DNA of 64,000 bases, from positions 124,001-188,000 of the forward strand of contig MCFE01000020.1 of the NCBI GenBank assembly GCA_002104905.1. Reading direction: 5' to 3'. Numbering within the stretch: position 1 is the stretch's first letter; each line of letters opens with the position of its first letter. Of the stretch, positions 1-12,946 are shown piece after piece. Under the pieces are notes generated by a model. It was given only the letters and a program-made list of their open reading frames with translations. It made no database searches and was not told the origin of the DNA. The stretch comes from Basidiobolus meristosporus CBS 931.73. Taxonomy: Eukaryota; Fungi; Basidiobolomycota. The position numbers and the translations under genes were made by a program.

Positions 1-298
1 GGGAGAACAAGTAGATTATGTGGTTTTCACTTAATGATTTATTGAATGTAAAAGTAGTATTTATACTTTTACCTGGTCTTGGCATTACAAACACGTAGAA
101 TAGGTTAAGGAAGGTCCCAAGAGCATGTGTGCAAAGTTTGGGGCTGTTTGGACAACTTTGAGAATTTTCATGTTCTGGGTAAATATTCTAAGTAAATCCC
201 AACAAGGAATTTGGTCAGTATTCTCTAGGATTTGAGGGTAATGATCTAAGTGACTAAGTTAGGTGAATATTTAGGTGGAATCACAAATTTTTACAACA
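1..298 (-). repeat. 3' LTR of Copia-1 A (partial)
   Basis: Matches 4264-4561 with about 13 substitutions by hand count; ends ...TTTTACAACA. Confidence 0.95.
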
Positions 299-309
299 CC
301 CCCACTCAG

Positions 310-3300
310 CTAAATGTTCATACTGACTAGTCCTAATTTTGACCTAAGATATTCAAACTTGTCTCTAGCTAATGGTTTGGTAAATATGTCTGCAATCATT
401 TCATCTGTAGGACAGTAAACTAAGCTAACTAAGTTATTCTCTATAGCTTCATGTATGAAATGATGTCTAATATCTATGTGCTTGGTTCTAGCATGAAAAG
501 TTGGATTTCTACCTAATTGTATACATCCTTGATTATCTTGAAATAAAGTAATAGGCATTTTTTGACATAGGCCTAAATCTGTAAACAGCTTTCTTAACCA
601 CATTGCTTCTTTTGTAGCTTCACAGGCTGCCATATACTCTGCCTCTGTGGTGGAAAGTGCTACAGTTGGTTGCTTTCTTGAATTCCATGAAATTGCTCCT
701 TTACAGTAAAGAAAGGTGTATCCTGTGGTGGATCTTCTGTCTTATAACATTTGTCCCCAATCAGCATCAGAGTATCCCACAAGATCCTGTTCTGAATTCT
801 TATAAGTATATCTTAAGCAGATATCAGCAGTTCCTTTTAGGTATCTAAAAATCCGCTTAACTGCTGCAATATGATCAGATCCATAGTTCTGATTATGTTG
901 GCTGACAACTCCCACTGAATATGAGATATCTGGACGTGTTCCAAGCATGATATACATCAGACTGCCAACCATAGATTGATAAGGAAAGTCAGGGCTTTCA
1001 GATGGCACCAAGCTCTCTTGATTTGGTTGAGTTTTGACCAAGTTAAGGTTTGTCTCCATTGGGGTAGCTGCCAGTTTACAGTCTTCCATTTTGTACTTCT
1101 TTAGTATATCTTGAATATACTTGGATTGACTTAGGGTGATAGTCTGGGTACTTCTGTCTATGGAGAACTTAATCCCTAAGTAGCAACTAAGTTCTCCTAG
1201 ATTGGACATCTTGAACTCTTTAGATAGGCTGGATTTAGTCTCTTCCAATGTTTCTAGGTTATTGGTGGCTATAATAAGATCATCCACATATAGAGCTAAT
1301 AGAACTGGATTTGCTCTATCTGGCTTATAGTATATACTATAGTCAGCATTACTTCTTTTGAAACTCAAAGATTCCAAATAAGAATCTATCTTGCAATTCC
1401 AGGCTCTTGGTGATTGTTTGAGACCATATAGTGACTTTTTAAGCTTGCAGACCAAATGGGGGTTATCTTGGTCAACAAACCCATCAGGCTGGTCCATATA
1501 CACGTCCTCATCAAGTTCTCCATTCAAAATGGCAGTTTTTACATCCATTTGATGAATAAAAAACTTATATTTGGCTGCAATAGCCAATATTAATCTGATG
1601 GAATTAAACTTGGCTACCGGTGCAAAGGTCTCAGTATAGTCAAGTCCTTTTGTTTGAGAGTATCCTTTGGCTACAAGTCTTGCTTTGTATCTCTCAATTG
1701 TACCATCAGCCTTGTATTTTGTCTTGAAGACCCATCTGCATCCAATTGATTTTTGGTTGATTGGTAATTTGACCAAGTCCCAAGTTTGATTTTCCATCAG
1801 GGCCTGATATTCCTCAGTCATTGCAGATCTCCAAAACTTTGTCTGAGGGCTATTTAGGGCCTCTTTTACAGTCTGGGGCTCATCAATATGGACTGAATAG
1901 GCATAGGCTAAGTTTGTACCCTCATTGATATAGTAATTTGGGCTATTTCTTGTCCGATTGGATCTCCAGGCATTTGATACTGGAATGATCACTTCTGGGA
2001 TATTCCTGGGCACTGATTCTGGCTGAACCACGGTTGTAGAGTCCTCTGGAGTGAAACAATTTTCATTACTTTGCTGTGATTCAATCCTGACAATTGGTGG
2101 TTTCATCAAACAGCACATCCCTGGACTTGATCAGCTTCTTTGCTTTGGTATTGTAGAGTCTGTATGCCTTACTCTCATTGCAGTAGCCCAAAAATATGCA
2201 TTTTACACTTTTTGGCTCAAATTTTGACTGATTTCCGGCCAGTTTTTTGGCATTTGCTGTACACCCAAATATTCTTAGATGTTCTGCACTTGGTCTGTAT
2301 CCATACCATGCTTCAAATGGAGTAGAATCACAAAGTATTCTGTTATAACTCCTATTTTTAAGATATACAGCAGTGGCAACTGATTCAATCCAAAAATCAT
2401 AGGATAATTTTTGATCATGGATCATAGATCTAGCCATATCAATTATTGATCTGTTAGCTTGTTCTGCTACTCCATTTTGCTGTGGGGAGTATGGTACAGT
2501 AGTCTCTTGCTTTATCCCATGAATTTTGCAGAAGTGGATGAAGAGTTTTGAGGTATATTCTCCACCATTGTCAGAGCATATTTTCTTGATTTTTTCACCA
2601 GTTTCTCTCTCCACCATGGCTTTAAACTCCCTGAACTTAGACAGAGCTTCTTCCTTTCTCTCCATGAAGTAGACCCATGTGTATCTTGCATACTCATCAA
2701 TAAAAGTGATTAAATACTTCATCCCGCCTAAGGATATATTTTGCATAGGTCCACACAGATCTGAGTGAATTAGATCTAATTTTTTCTTAGCTTTGATTAA
2801 CCCAGAGCTCTTGAACAGTTGTCTGGCTTGTTTCCCATATATGCAGGCTTCACAGTGCTCCAAATTAGCTGGGGGATCAATTTTCACTCCAGAAATTAGC
2901 TGATCTTTGATCATTTTACGCAAATAATCAAAATTGATGTGTCCAAATCTCCTGTGCCAAAGCATTGGTGTTTCTTCATTTAAGTTACTTATATTGGCTT
3001 CCAGATATGATGGAGTATAAGTCAACTTGTATAGATTCTGATCTCTGATGCCCAAAGCAATATGGGCACCATTTTGATCAGTGATCCAGCATCCAGAATT
3101 GTCAAAACAGAAACTGAGTCCTTCTGCTGTGGCCTTGCTTACAGAGAGTAGGTTCTTGGCTATTTCTGGTACATAGAGCACTTCTTTAAAGGTCAGTGTA
3201 TGGCCTCCTTCACTGCTTCTAGGGTTTACTTGGATAGTTCCTTCTCCCACTGCATCAAGTGTTCTATTGTCACCCATGAAAACCTTCTTAATTTGGATTT

Positions 3301-4225
3301 CTTGATATTTGGTAAAATGTTCTTTTTGGTGTGTAAAGTGTTGAGAAGCTCCAGAGTCAATATACCACACCTGAGAATCCTTGTTTGTGGTCATATTCAG
3401 TGCAGATATGAATAGTCTATCTTCAGTTGTTGCAGCATTTCCATATTCAGGCTTCTTTTGCTGATAATCTCTCTTTTTGAGACACCGGTCTGATGTGTGT
3501 CCTTTCCTTTTGCAGTAGTTACAAAACAGGTTGCTGTTGCCTTTGTAGGGTCTTGGGTACCTCCTTTGTTGGTTATCATTGCTTATTAAAGCATTTTCTT
3601 CTTCCTTCTTATTGGCGCTTGATTTTCTTAATTCTTCATCCAGGAGCCTTCCATATACATAATTTAGTGTCAAATCTTCAGTTCTGGACTCTAGGGCTGA
3701 TACAAGGCCCTGAAACTTGTCTGTCAGGCTATTCAGGATGGTAACTATCACATCCTCATCAGTAGTTGGTACACCCACAGATTCCATCTCATCTACCAGC
3801 AGGGTAATTCTGTTGATAAAATTTTTCATTTCTTCTCCTGGCAGCATCTTTGTAGTAAAGAATTTTCATCTCAGATACATCTTCTTGGCAGCTGAACATG
3901 ACTGGTAGGTGTCTTCTAATGCTTTCCAGGCATTCTTTGCCGTTTTTGCTCTTGAGCATTGAATTAGCAATTTGTCCTTAACATTAAGGCAAATGCAGTT
4001 AAAGGCACTTTGTTCTTTCTTCTGGTACTTTAAGGCTTCCTCTCCCACATTTTTAGGAGGGCATTCTTCTCCCATGACAATATCCCAAAGGCCTCTTTCT
4101 TGTAGCAGCATCTTCATCTTCACCTTCCACACTTGGTAGCTAGATCCATCCAACTTTTCAGCAGAGGGAAAAGTTCCAGTAATAGCAGTAGTAGACATTG
4201 CAGAGAGTGTCAGATTGGGGCTCAT
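310..4225 (-). pseudogene. Copia gag-pol polyprotein, disrupted
   Basis: ORF pieces 3866-4357 (gag N-term), 2081-3847 (CCHC knuckle, WYIDSGAS protease, GAG-pre-integrase, rve LIHSDLCGP...SDNGGEY), 742-2118 (RVT_2, YVDD), 310-633 (RNase [10 protein letters not shown]). Broken by in-frame stops and frameshifts. Confidence 0.95.
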
Positions 4226-4229
4226 AACC
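4218..4229 (-). promoter_or_regulatory. Primer-binding site GGTTATGAGCCC (tRNA-iMet anticodon-arm / half-tRNA type)
   Basis: Directly abuts the 5' LTR; same motif at 5575-5586, 43789-43800 and (GGTTATGAGTCC) 49178-49189. Confidence 0.85.
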
Positions 4230-4561
4230 TGTTGTAAGAGTCTTGGAGATATTGGAAGTGATTGGGAGAACAAGTAGATTATGTGGTTTTCACTTAATGA
4301 TTTATTGAATGCAAAAGTAGTATTTATACTTTTACCTGGTCTTGGCTTTATAAACATGTAGAATAGGTTAAGGAAGGTCCCAGAAACATGTGTGCAAAGT
4401 TTGGGGCTGTTTGGACAACTCTGAAAATTTTCATGTTCTGGGTAAATATTCTAAGTAAATCCCAACAAGGAATTTGGTCAGTATTCTCTAGGATTTGAGG
4501 GTAATGATCTAAGTGACTAAGTTAGGTGAGTACTTAGGTGGAAATACAAATTTTTACAACA
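4230..4561 (-). repeat. 5' LTR of Copia-1 A (332 bp)
   Basis: TGTTG...CAACA termini. Confidence 0.95.
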
Positions 4562-4693
4562 TATAGTAGTACCATAACAAGAGCAGGTCAGCCATAAGAT
4601 GGGATTCTTGACTATGATTACCTATTATGAAAGTTATACCGGACATTACAAGTTAAGGGTCACCACATCAGCATGCCCTACTAAAAAGGAAGG

Positions 4694-5224
4694 ACACTTG
4701 AATGAATACATATCCAGTTCATCCAGTCCTTACATTTGTATTGTTGCATGTGCATATGAATATTAATTGGAGCTCATGAGAAGTGCTTTGGGTAGTGGAT
4801 ACTCTGCAATATCTTTCCAATTCTTTCAGATTTCTCTGGTATCTCAAAGGGCCCATTTAGCCTGAAATGCCCCATGGGCAATTTGGTCATTAATATTGGG
4901 ATATTGTTGAAGAACAATCATATTGCTCCCAGTGGAAAGCTTTTGCTCCTACAGATTCCCTCCATTGTGAGTATCTCCAATTTTTGATTATTCTGGCTGA
5001 TGGCTTATAGCTTGCCAGCTTTGCTGCAATTGTATGCTGACTTCTGTACATTCTCTATGTGGGAAGATGATGTTGGTGGTGGTGTTTGGATAATAAGAAT
5101 ATGTGTGAGCTATGGAGTAAATCCCCTGGATCCCATACATTTGAAATCAATACCATCCATTGTTCCCAGAAAAGCCTGCAATCTTGCTGATGGTCAGGGT
5201 ATCTCCAATGCAGATATTAATATG
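4694..5224 (-). pseudogene. Fragment of CACTA-type (Tnp2) transposase
   Basis: Aligns by eye with the transposase copy at ~28190-28730 (e.g. gaatacatatccagttcatccagtc); cut at 5225 by a Copia-1 LTR. Confidence 0.8.
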
Positions 5225-5574
5225 TGTTGTAAAAATTTGTATTTCCACCTAAATATTCACCTAACTTAGTCACTTAGATCATCACCTTCAAATCCTAGAG
5301 AATACTGACCAAAATTCCTAGTTGGGATTTACTTAGAATATTTTCACCAAAATACCAGGTACCCAGAACATGAAAATTCTCAAAGTTGTTCAAACACCCC
5401 CAAACTTTGCACACATGTTCTTGGGACCTCCCTTAACCTATTCTATGTGTTGCGTATGCCAAGACTAGGTAAAAGTACAAATACTACTTTTACATTCAAT
5501 AAATCATTAAGTTAAAACCACATAATCTACTTGTCCTCCCAATTACTTCCAATATATTCAAGACTCTTTCTACA
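5225..5574 (+). repeat. 5' LTR of Copia-1 B
   Basis: Reverse complement of the 4230-4561 LTR (without the 18-bp deletion), followed by the PBS. Confidence 0.9.
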
Positions 5575-6301
5575 GGTTATGAGCCCCAATCTGTCATTCA
5601 CAGCAATGTCTACAACTATTATTACTGGACTTTTTCCCTCAGCTGAAAAGTTGGATGGATTCAACTACCAAGTGTGGTAGGTGAAGACAGAGATGCTGCT
5701 ACAAGAAAGAGGCCTTTGGGATATTATCATGGGAGAAGAATGCCCTCCTAAATACATGGGAGATATATCCCCAAAGTACCAGAAGAAAGAATATAGTCCC
5801 TTAACTGCATTTGCCTCAATGTCAAAGACAAATTGCTAATTCAATGCTCAAGAGCAAAAACAGTAAAGAATGCCAGGAAGGCATTAGAAGACTCCTACCA
5901 GTCATGTTCAGCTGCCAAGAAGATGTATCTTAGGCAAAAGCTCTTTACTACAAAGATGCAGCCAGGAGAAGAAATTAAAAATCTAATTAACAGAATTACC
6001 TTACTAGTGGATGAGATGGAATCTGTGGGCATACCAACTACTGATGAGGATGTGATAGTTATCATCCAAAATAGCCTGACAGACAGGTTTCAGAGCCTTG
6101 TATCAGCCCTAGAATCCAGAACTTTGAACTTGACCTCAAATTATGTATATGGAAGGCTCCTGGATAAAGAATTAAGAAAATCAAGTTCCAATAAGAAGGA
6201 AGAAGAAAATGCTTTAATAAGCAATGATAACCAACAAAGGAGATACCCAAGACCTTTTAAAGGCAATAGCAATGTGTTTTGCAACTGCTGCAAAAGGAAA
6301 G

Positions 6302-6651
6302 TGTTGTAAGAGTCTTGGAGATATTGGAAGTGATTGGGAGGACAAGTAGATTGTGTGGTTTTCACTTAATGATTTATTGAATGTAAAAGTAGTATTTATA
6401 CTTTTACCTGGTCTTGGCATAACAAACATGTAGAATAGGTTAAGAAAGGTCCCAAGAACATGTGTGCAAAGTTTGGGACTGTTTGGACAACTTTGAGAAT
6501 TTTCATGTTCTGGGTACCAAGCATTTTGGTGAAAATATTCTAAGTAAATCCCGACAAGGAATTTTGGTCAGTATTCTCTAGGATTTGAAGGTGATGATCT
6601 AAGTGACTTGGTTAGGTGAATATTTAGGTGGAAATACAAATTTTTACAACA
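6302..6651 (-). repeat. Copia-1 solo LTR (350 bp) inserted antisense in the gag zinc knuckle of Copia-1 B
   Basis: TGTTG...CAACA with perfect 5-bp TSD GAAAG (6297-6301, 6652-6656); host reading CKRK|GHTSD resumes after it. Confidence 0.93.
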
Positions 6652-7395
6652 GAAAGGACACACATCAGACTGGTGCTTCAAAATGACAGATAGTTAGCAG
6701 AAAAAGCCTGAATATGGAAATGCTACAGCAACTGAAGATAGACTATTCATGTCTGCGCTAAATATGACCACAAACAAGGATTCTCAGATGTGGTATACTG
6801 ACTCTGGAGCATCTCAACACTTAACACACCAAAAAAACTTTTTACCCAATATCAAGAAATTCCAATTAAGAAGGTTTTCATGGGTGACAATAGAACACTT
6901 GATGCAGTGGGAGAAGGAACTACATATGTATACCTTGGAAGTAGTGAAGGAACCCATACCCCTATGAAAAATTATTGTAATGATCCTGTCAAAAGGCCAT
7001 CACAAAGTTAAAGTCCTGTGACTAAGAGGTACTGATCCCATCAGGACACCATCCAGAGGCTGTTGAAAAATAATTGCATCCCTGATTCCACAAAAAACTT
7101 TGTCAAAATTTATCATTACAACAATGTATAAGTAGCTTTTGACTGGTTCCCCACCAGTTTGCTCACTTTCTGATCCCAGACACTCTATCACCTCCTATGT
7201 TTGTGTGCATTGATTAGCTATTGCCTCTTTTTCACACTCCTTACTTCCTGACTCAACCATTTCTCTTGCTTTTCATCCATACAAATTGATTTATTTCCAT
7301 TGAAAGTTCAGTTGTACCTCAATTGTCAATTGTATTGACCTATACAGGTCCCTATGCCCTACACTAACATCAAGTGCAACTCCACACTCAACATG

Positions 7396-8870
7396 TTACT
7401 CCATTAAAATCCACCACTCAATAAGTATCTCTGCTGTAACACTCTGGTTCCACAACTTTGGCAGGAGCCCAATGGCTATATGCCACCATTCATTCACTGG
7501 TTCCCACACATCCTGGTCTTCAGCCAGCACTGCAAGGTCTAGCACCTCATCTGCCAGTCTTTGCAATAAATCCTTGCAATATCCAAGTGTGTTTTCTTGA
7601 GCACTGCTCATGAAGAAGTGCGGCAACCTCTTGGTGTGCCTATTAATATTCCAAAATTCCACTGAAGGCATCATGAGAGTCTTTCAAGCTCTTGACATTG
7701 TAGTCTTGTCTGCCAGTGGGATCTCCACTCAACCAACAATGGAGGATGCCAAGGCTGTGGTGGATAAATTGCCTTTTTCTGCAAACACATCTACCCTGCA
7801 GGAGTGTAGCTCATCTGGCTGCACTTCCAACTCTTGTGAAAACAGCTGCTTTCTTGTTGGTAACTCTTCTTGGCTATGATGGGATTCAGTCTGTTCCTGG
7901 CTTGAGGTGTTAATTGGCAAGAACTGCAGTTTTTTTGCATGCCTCCCTGTCTCAGGCCTGGGTGGACATTTTTCCCTTGACCTTTTCTTTTATCACCACT
8001 GGGTGTTTCATTGCTACTTTGTCTGAGTACTTCTTGTGAAGAACTACATTTTCTCCTGGATAAATTCTGCTCTGACACATCTGTTTTTGCCTGCTTGTCC
8101 CTTGCTGGCACTCTTGTGGCAACCCAACATTTCTTTTCTGCTTGTTTTGAGCTCTCAACAATAGTTGTGACAGGCTCCTGTAAAAGGCACTGGTTTTTTG
8201 CACTGCCAGGTCCTTCACTGCTACTTTGACTGAATGCTTCTTGAACGGTACTATGCTTTTTGCTTGATATATGTTGTGCTGGTGCATCTGTGTCTGCCTG
8301 CTTGTCCCTAATTGGCCCTCTTTCAGCTACCTGATGTCTCTTTGATGCTGGTCTGGGGCTTTTGGCCCTGCTTGTAATAGGCCCTTGAGGAAGCTGTTGG
8401 TTTTTTCCATGGCACCCTTGTTCTTTGCCTTTGATACTTACTGCTATTCTTAATATACTTTCTTAGCATACCAATGGTGGCCCAAAATCTGTTTGCCCAT
8501 TTGAATCCATGATAATACCCATGGAACAAGTCAAGTGCATTCTGCATGGCCTTGAGTTCCTGATGGTTCCATGGTATGCCAGTCTTAAGGTGATGGCATG
8601 CTAGACTTCTGAGGGCCTCTTGAATATTAGCCCACTCTACATTATAGCACTCAATAGCTTCATGGATCTTCAATGTTTTTAATTTTTAGGCTTTGGTATA
8701 AACACCACATTGTCTCCCTCCCACACTGTGATAGGTTTTTCTGTGGGCTTTATCTTTGGGCACTGCTGTTGTGCTTCAACAACTCTATGGTGTTCCTCTT
8801 CTGTTACATCAGGAAATGGCACAATTATTGGCTGTGACATTAAGCTACTTGAGTTCCTTCTTTGCTGCAA
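7396..8870 (-). pseudogene. Accessory ORF of the CCCTA element, unknown function, disrupted
   Basis: ORF pieces 8679-8870, 8323-8673, 7791-8287, 7396-7674; homologous pieces at ~30930-31189 and 36094-37300 (GFKWANRFWAxIGMLRKY in both). Confidence 0.6.
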
Positions 8871-10582
8871 TGATACTGCTTTCTATACCTGCAATATGGA
8901 TTGCTCTACGCATATTATCCACTTATCCTGTTTCTGGACTATTTCCTAATTTCTCTGGGCCATTGTATCTATCCTATCAGCCACTGTACCTCATTGCTTC
9001 ATTAATGCTTCGGTACATGCTGACAACATACTTGCTAATATGGGTGGTGGTGATATTTTGACACCCACTTGCTGGTCTTCAACTAAGGGTACTGCATTTG
9101 CTACATTCCCCTCTGCCTGAGCATAACAGTTAGTTTATGGCTCCACAGAGGCTCTCAATTGCCTACTTGACTGAGAGCCTTAGGAGTTTGCATTATTACC
9201 TTCAGTTGGCACACTGTCAACATGGCCTTTTTTGGATGTAGCCCCACTTGTGGCACTAAACATCAAAGCAAGCTGTTGTCCAACTGTTCTTCTGCTGCCA
9301 TCAGCAGTGGGGTTATGTTGGGATCCAGACAACTTTGCTTTATTTTTTGGCAGCATATATACATGAGTGAGTCAAACCAAAGGGGAAATAGTGTTACATA
9401 TATGTGGGTATGTGGTGCCACAACTTTATTTATAATGCTTACTATGGCAGGTCATCATTGAATCCTACATTCATGTAGGTGCAATATCTCAAATACAAGA
9501 CTGTCTTAAGTTCACATGAGTATTGACCAAAAAGTAATATAATAGTGTGATGTTGTAGAAGGTCAAACTGTTTGCCCATGGAAACAACTACTTTAATTCA
9601 ACACCATAAGAGAAGAGAAAAAAGACCATGTGGCTATTGTAGCAAGCCTCTCAGCCATGAAGCACACAAACAGCATAGAAAATATCACAAGAATCACGGC
9701 CAGTGTTTTGCCACACAATTCATATGTGACCATTTGTTGGTCACTACTGTGCCAATATTATCTTGCTGGCCAGTTGATACTTCTATATTGACACCTGGCC
9801 ATCTTTGTCACCTTGCCCAAACTGAGTCAGGTGAGTTTGTGACACCTTTAGGCTCAGCTCAGCTTTCTGAATATGGCATGCAGTGTGATAGCTCTGACAA
9901 AGAAGGTTCACAGATAGATTTTGTGTCTATCTCCCCTAACAACAGTACCATGTATGAGCCCAGTCAGATCCCAATATATAATGAGACAACACCCATTGAA
10001 GCAAATGCCAAGGATACTTTATGGAGCTAAGTGAGCCCAGTAATCCATCAACTGGTGAATGATGTAATATTGTGACTAGAGAAGCAATGCATTTCTACCA
10101 ATATCAGTAATGGGGGCTTTGAGAATTTATTACTACTTCTAGCCAGAATCATTCTGGGATGCAACTTACCATGTACATGGTACAAGTGGACAACTATCAT
10201 GCAGCTGGCAACATATGGTCCAGAGACTGATCTGATTCCAGCATGTGTTAACAATTGCATGGCATTCACATCCAGAAATGCTACCATTGCAACATGTCCA
10301 AATTGTCAGGAATCCACCACCTTTGAGGGAAAGCACTGTTCACACTCCAGATATATTCCAGTAATACCCTGTCTGAGGAAGCTAATGCAGTCCAACAGAT
10401 ATTGCAAATCTATTCAGTACCACACTTGGTATCAATCAAGCACAAACATATCCAATATATTTAATGGCAAGCATTTCAAGCAGCTAAGAAGCAAGGGCTA
10501 CTTTGAAGGTATGTATGACCATGCCTTTGCCTTAGCACTTGATGGATTTGCAATAAATAAGTACTCTGCCAGCAAATACTGC

Positions 10583-11651
10583 TGTAGTGGGGTCACAGTG
10601 ACACCCACTGACAAATGTGCTCATTCCCATATTTTCTACTTCCCTATATCTCCACTACACTTATCTTAGTTTTATCCCATTTGACTTACATGATCAGTAC
10701 TATCCTATAAGCCAGCTGACTATCACACCTGCTTACTTTATTGCATAAGTTATCCCTCACTCTATGTAAGATTACTAGCTGTAAGTGCTTCTATATTAGG
10801 CACATACCTGCACCAGTACCTGTGACACATGATCAGCCCATGTCACCATCCCTGCCATTTTCATACCATACATGGTATCCCTATGTTACACAGGTCTCAT
10901 AATACTGATTCCTGATTGGTTGGATGTGCTGTGCCTCTTAGAACCTTTTGGCACCTACATAGAATACTCTTAGCTCATTCTGATGTCATTAAGATTTCTA
11001 TTGATCTCCAGAACCTTCTGGAACACCATGATTAGTAATTACTTAGCTAGTGAGAAAAGTATATAAGGGAGGCTATCCCTCAACAATAAATCATCATCCC
11101 TTTTATCAATATACCAACTTGTTGATTAGTGTGAACACTGCTACCTATTGCTACCTGAACTTCCAACCCCAGACCACAGGACACTCCCAGGAAATCATGC
11201 TGACAGCAAACTGACCCTGGAGGCACTACTTATGAGGAGTACTCAGAGTTGGTATCTTTTATTATATATTACTCTTTTCTAGTTTGTTCTTGCACAGGCA
11301 AAGTTACTTTCTGTCTTTGTAACTATTGACCACAGCTGCATTCTTATCAAGTCCCTGCTGGTAGAGTTTACAGTTGTTTTGACTTTGGAAGCTTTAGTGT
11401 ATTGCCATCTCAAAGGTTGCTGAACACAGCACATACTTTTGTTAAGATGCCAACCAAGTTGGAGATTGTGGCTCAATAGTATTCCCTTGACAAGCTTGTG
11501 GCTTTGTTCCCCATCACATTAGATTAGAGACAGAACCCAAGTATTCCTAGCAAGCTTTTGGAAGAGGTTATCGCACCCAGTAAACACCCCACACACAAAA
11601 CACTTGAGAAGTGTTGGATGTATCTCTCCCTTGGACTTATACACCACCACA
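10583..11651 (+). repeat. Gypsy-2 solo LTR (1069 bp)
   Basis: TGTAGTGGGG...CACCACCACA; flanks CTGC/CCCC (degenerate 4-bp TSD); transposase reading resumes at WPLILINL. Confidence 0.88.
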
Positions 11652-11853
11652 CCCCTGGCCACTGATTCTTATCAATCTGAATCTGCCTCCCATCTTAAAG
11701 TTTCAGAGCAATAATCTGATGGTTGTCTCACTGGTATCTGGGCCTAAATCACTGTCCAACCTGAATGGCTTCCTGTATCCATTACTGGACAAATTTTGCG
11801 TGCTTTCCAGAAGGACAACAGTAAATGGGCACCATGTAAAAGTGGATATTATT

Positions 11854-12587
11854 AGACTTGTTCCGTTGGATAGTGCCACATTGAGCCATGAGTGCCAAAT
11901 GATGCCATAGTGTGCCAGAGAGGCCAAGTGAGCCTCTACCTGGCCGCAGAGTGTGAGACATAGCTCCACATCTTCATGCAAAGCAGCCCCTGTATTTCAC
12001 CCATTGTGTTGGAGAAAATCCATTTTTTGACCTTTTTTTTTGGATCAATGTTGTGCAGGATGTGTTAGAGCACAAGCAGATTGAAGATATGCATCTGGTA
12101 CTCAATACCCATGGCACTCTGAATCTAGCTCCTGTAGCTTGTATCATGTCACAAAAATGAATGGCACTATCTTGGTCCACTGGTACTATCTGGCACTATA
12201 AGTGCTTTGTATAGATCTTACTTTAGGGCTAATATTTAAATATAGTGCCAGATAGTACCAGTGGTCCAAGATAGTGCCATTCATTTTTGTGACATGATAT
12301 AAGCTACAGGAGCTAGATTCAGAGTGCCAAGGGTATTGAGTACCAGATGCATATCTTCAGTTCTCCTGTGCTCTTTCACATCCTGAGCTACATTGGTCCA
12401 CAAAAAAAGGTCAAAAAATGGATTTTCTCCTGTGCAATGGGTGAAGCACAGGGGCTGCTTTACATGAAGATGCAGAGCTATGTTTCACACTCTGTGGCCA
12501 AGTATAGGCTCACTTGACCTCTATGGCACTCTATGGCATCATTTGGCACTCATGGCTCAATGTGGCACTATCCAACGGAACAAGTCT
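11854..12587. mobile_element. 734-bp foldback MITE of the Harbinger-type family
   Basis: Inverted arms 11854-12200 and 12241-12587 (347 bp each), 40-bp spacer, termini AGACTTGTTCCGTTGG / CCAACGGAACAAGTCT, TSD ATT. Confidence 0.93.
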
Positions 12588-12946
12588 ATTCTTTACATTG
12601 GAGATACCCCAGCCATCAGCAAAATAGCAGGTATTTCTGGGCAGAATGGATGGTGTTACTGTTGCATATGTGAGATCCAGGGGATTTACTCCATAGCTCA
12701 CACACTTTACTATTACCCAAACACCAGCACAAAGAACATCATCTTCCCACCGTGAGAACATACAGAAGTATGCATGCAATAGCAGCAAAGTTGGCAAGCT
12801 ATAAGCCATTGGCTGCAATATGGAATCAATTGGAAACCAGAGATATGGGACATTTCAAGCTAAATGAGCACTTTGAGATATTGGAGAAATTGGAAAGAAC
12901 TGGTAAGATATTACAGAGCATCTGCTACCCTAAGTACTTCTCACAG

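Larger units (their letters stand above)
1..4561 (-). mobile_element. Ty1/copia LTR retrotransposon, Copia-1 copy A (3' LTR cut by window start)
   Basis: Paired LTRs (1-298, 4230-4561), PBS GGTTATGAGCCC next to the 5' LTR, PPT (GAGTGGGG on minus) next to the 3' LTR, copia order gag-PR-INT-RT-RH. Both LTRs share an 18-bp deletion relative to the 350-bp family LTR at 6302-6651. Confidence 0.95.

Noticed and set aside
4562-4693. 130-bp unassigned stretch after Copia-1 A
   Set aside because: Too short, with no recognisable termini or coding motif.
11854-12587. Large inverted repeat as a possible structural RNA or hairpin gene
   Set aside because: Termini, ATT TSD and a second copy identify it as a MITE.
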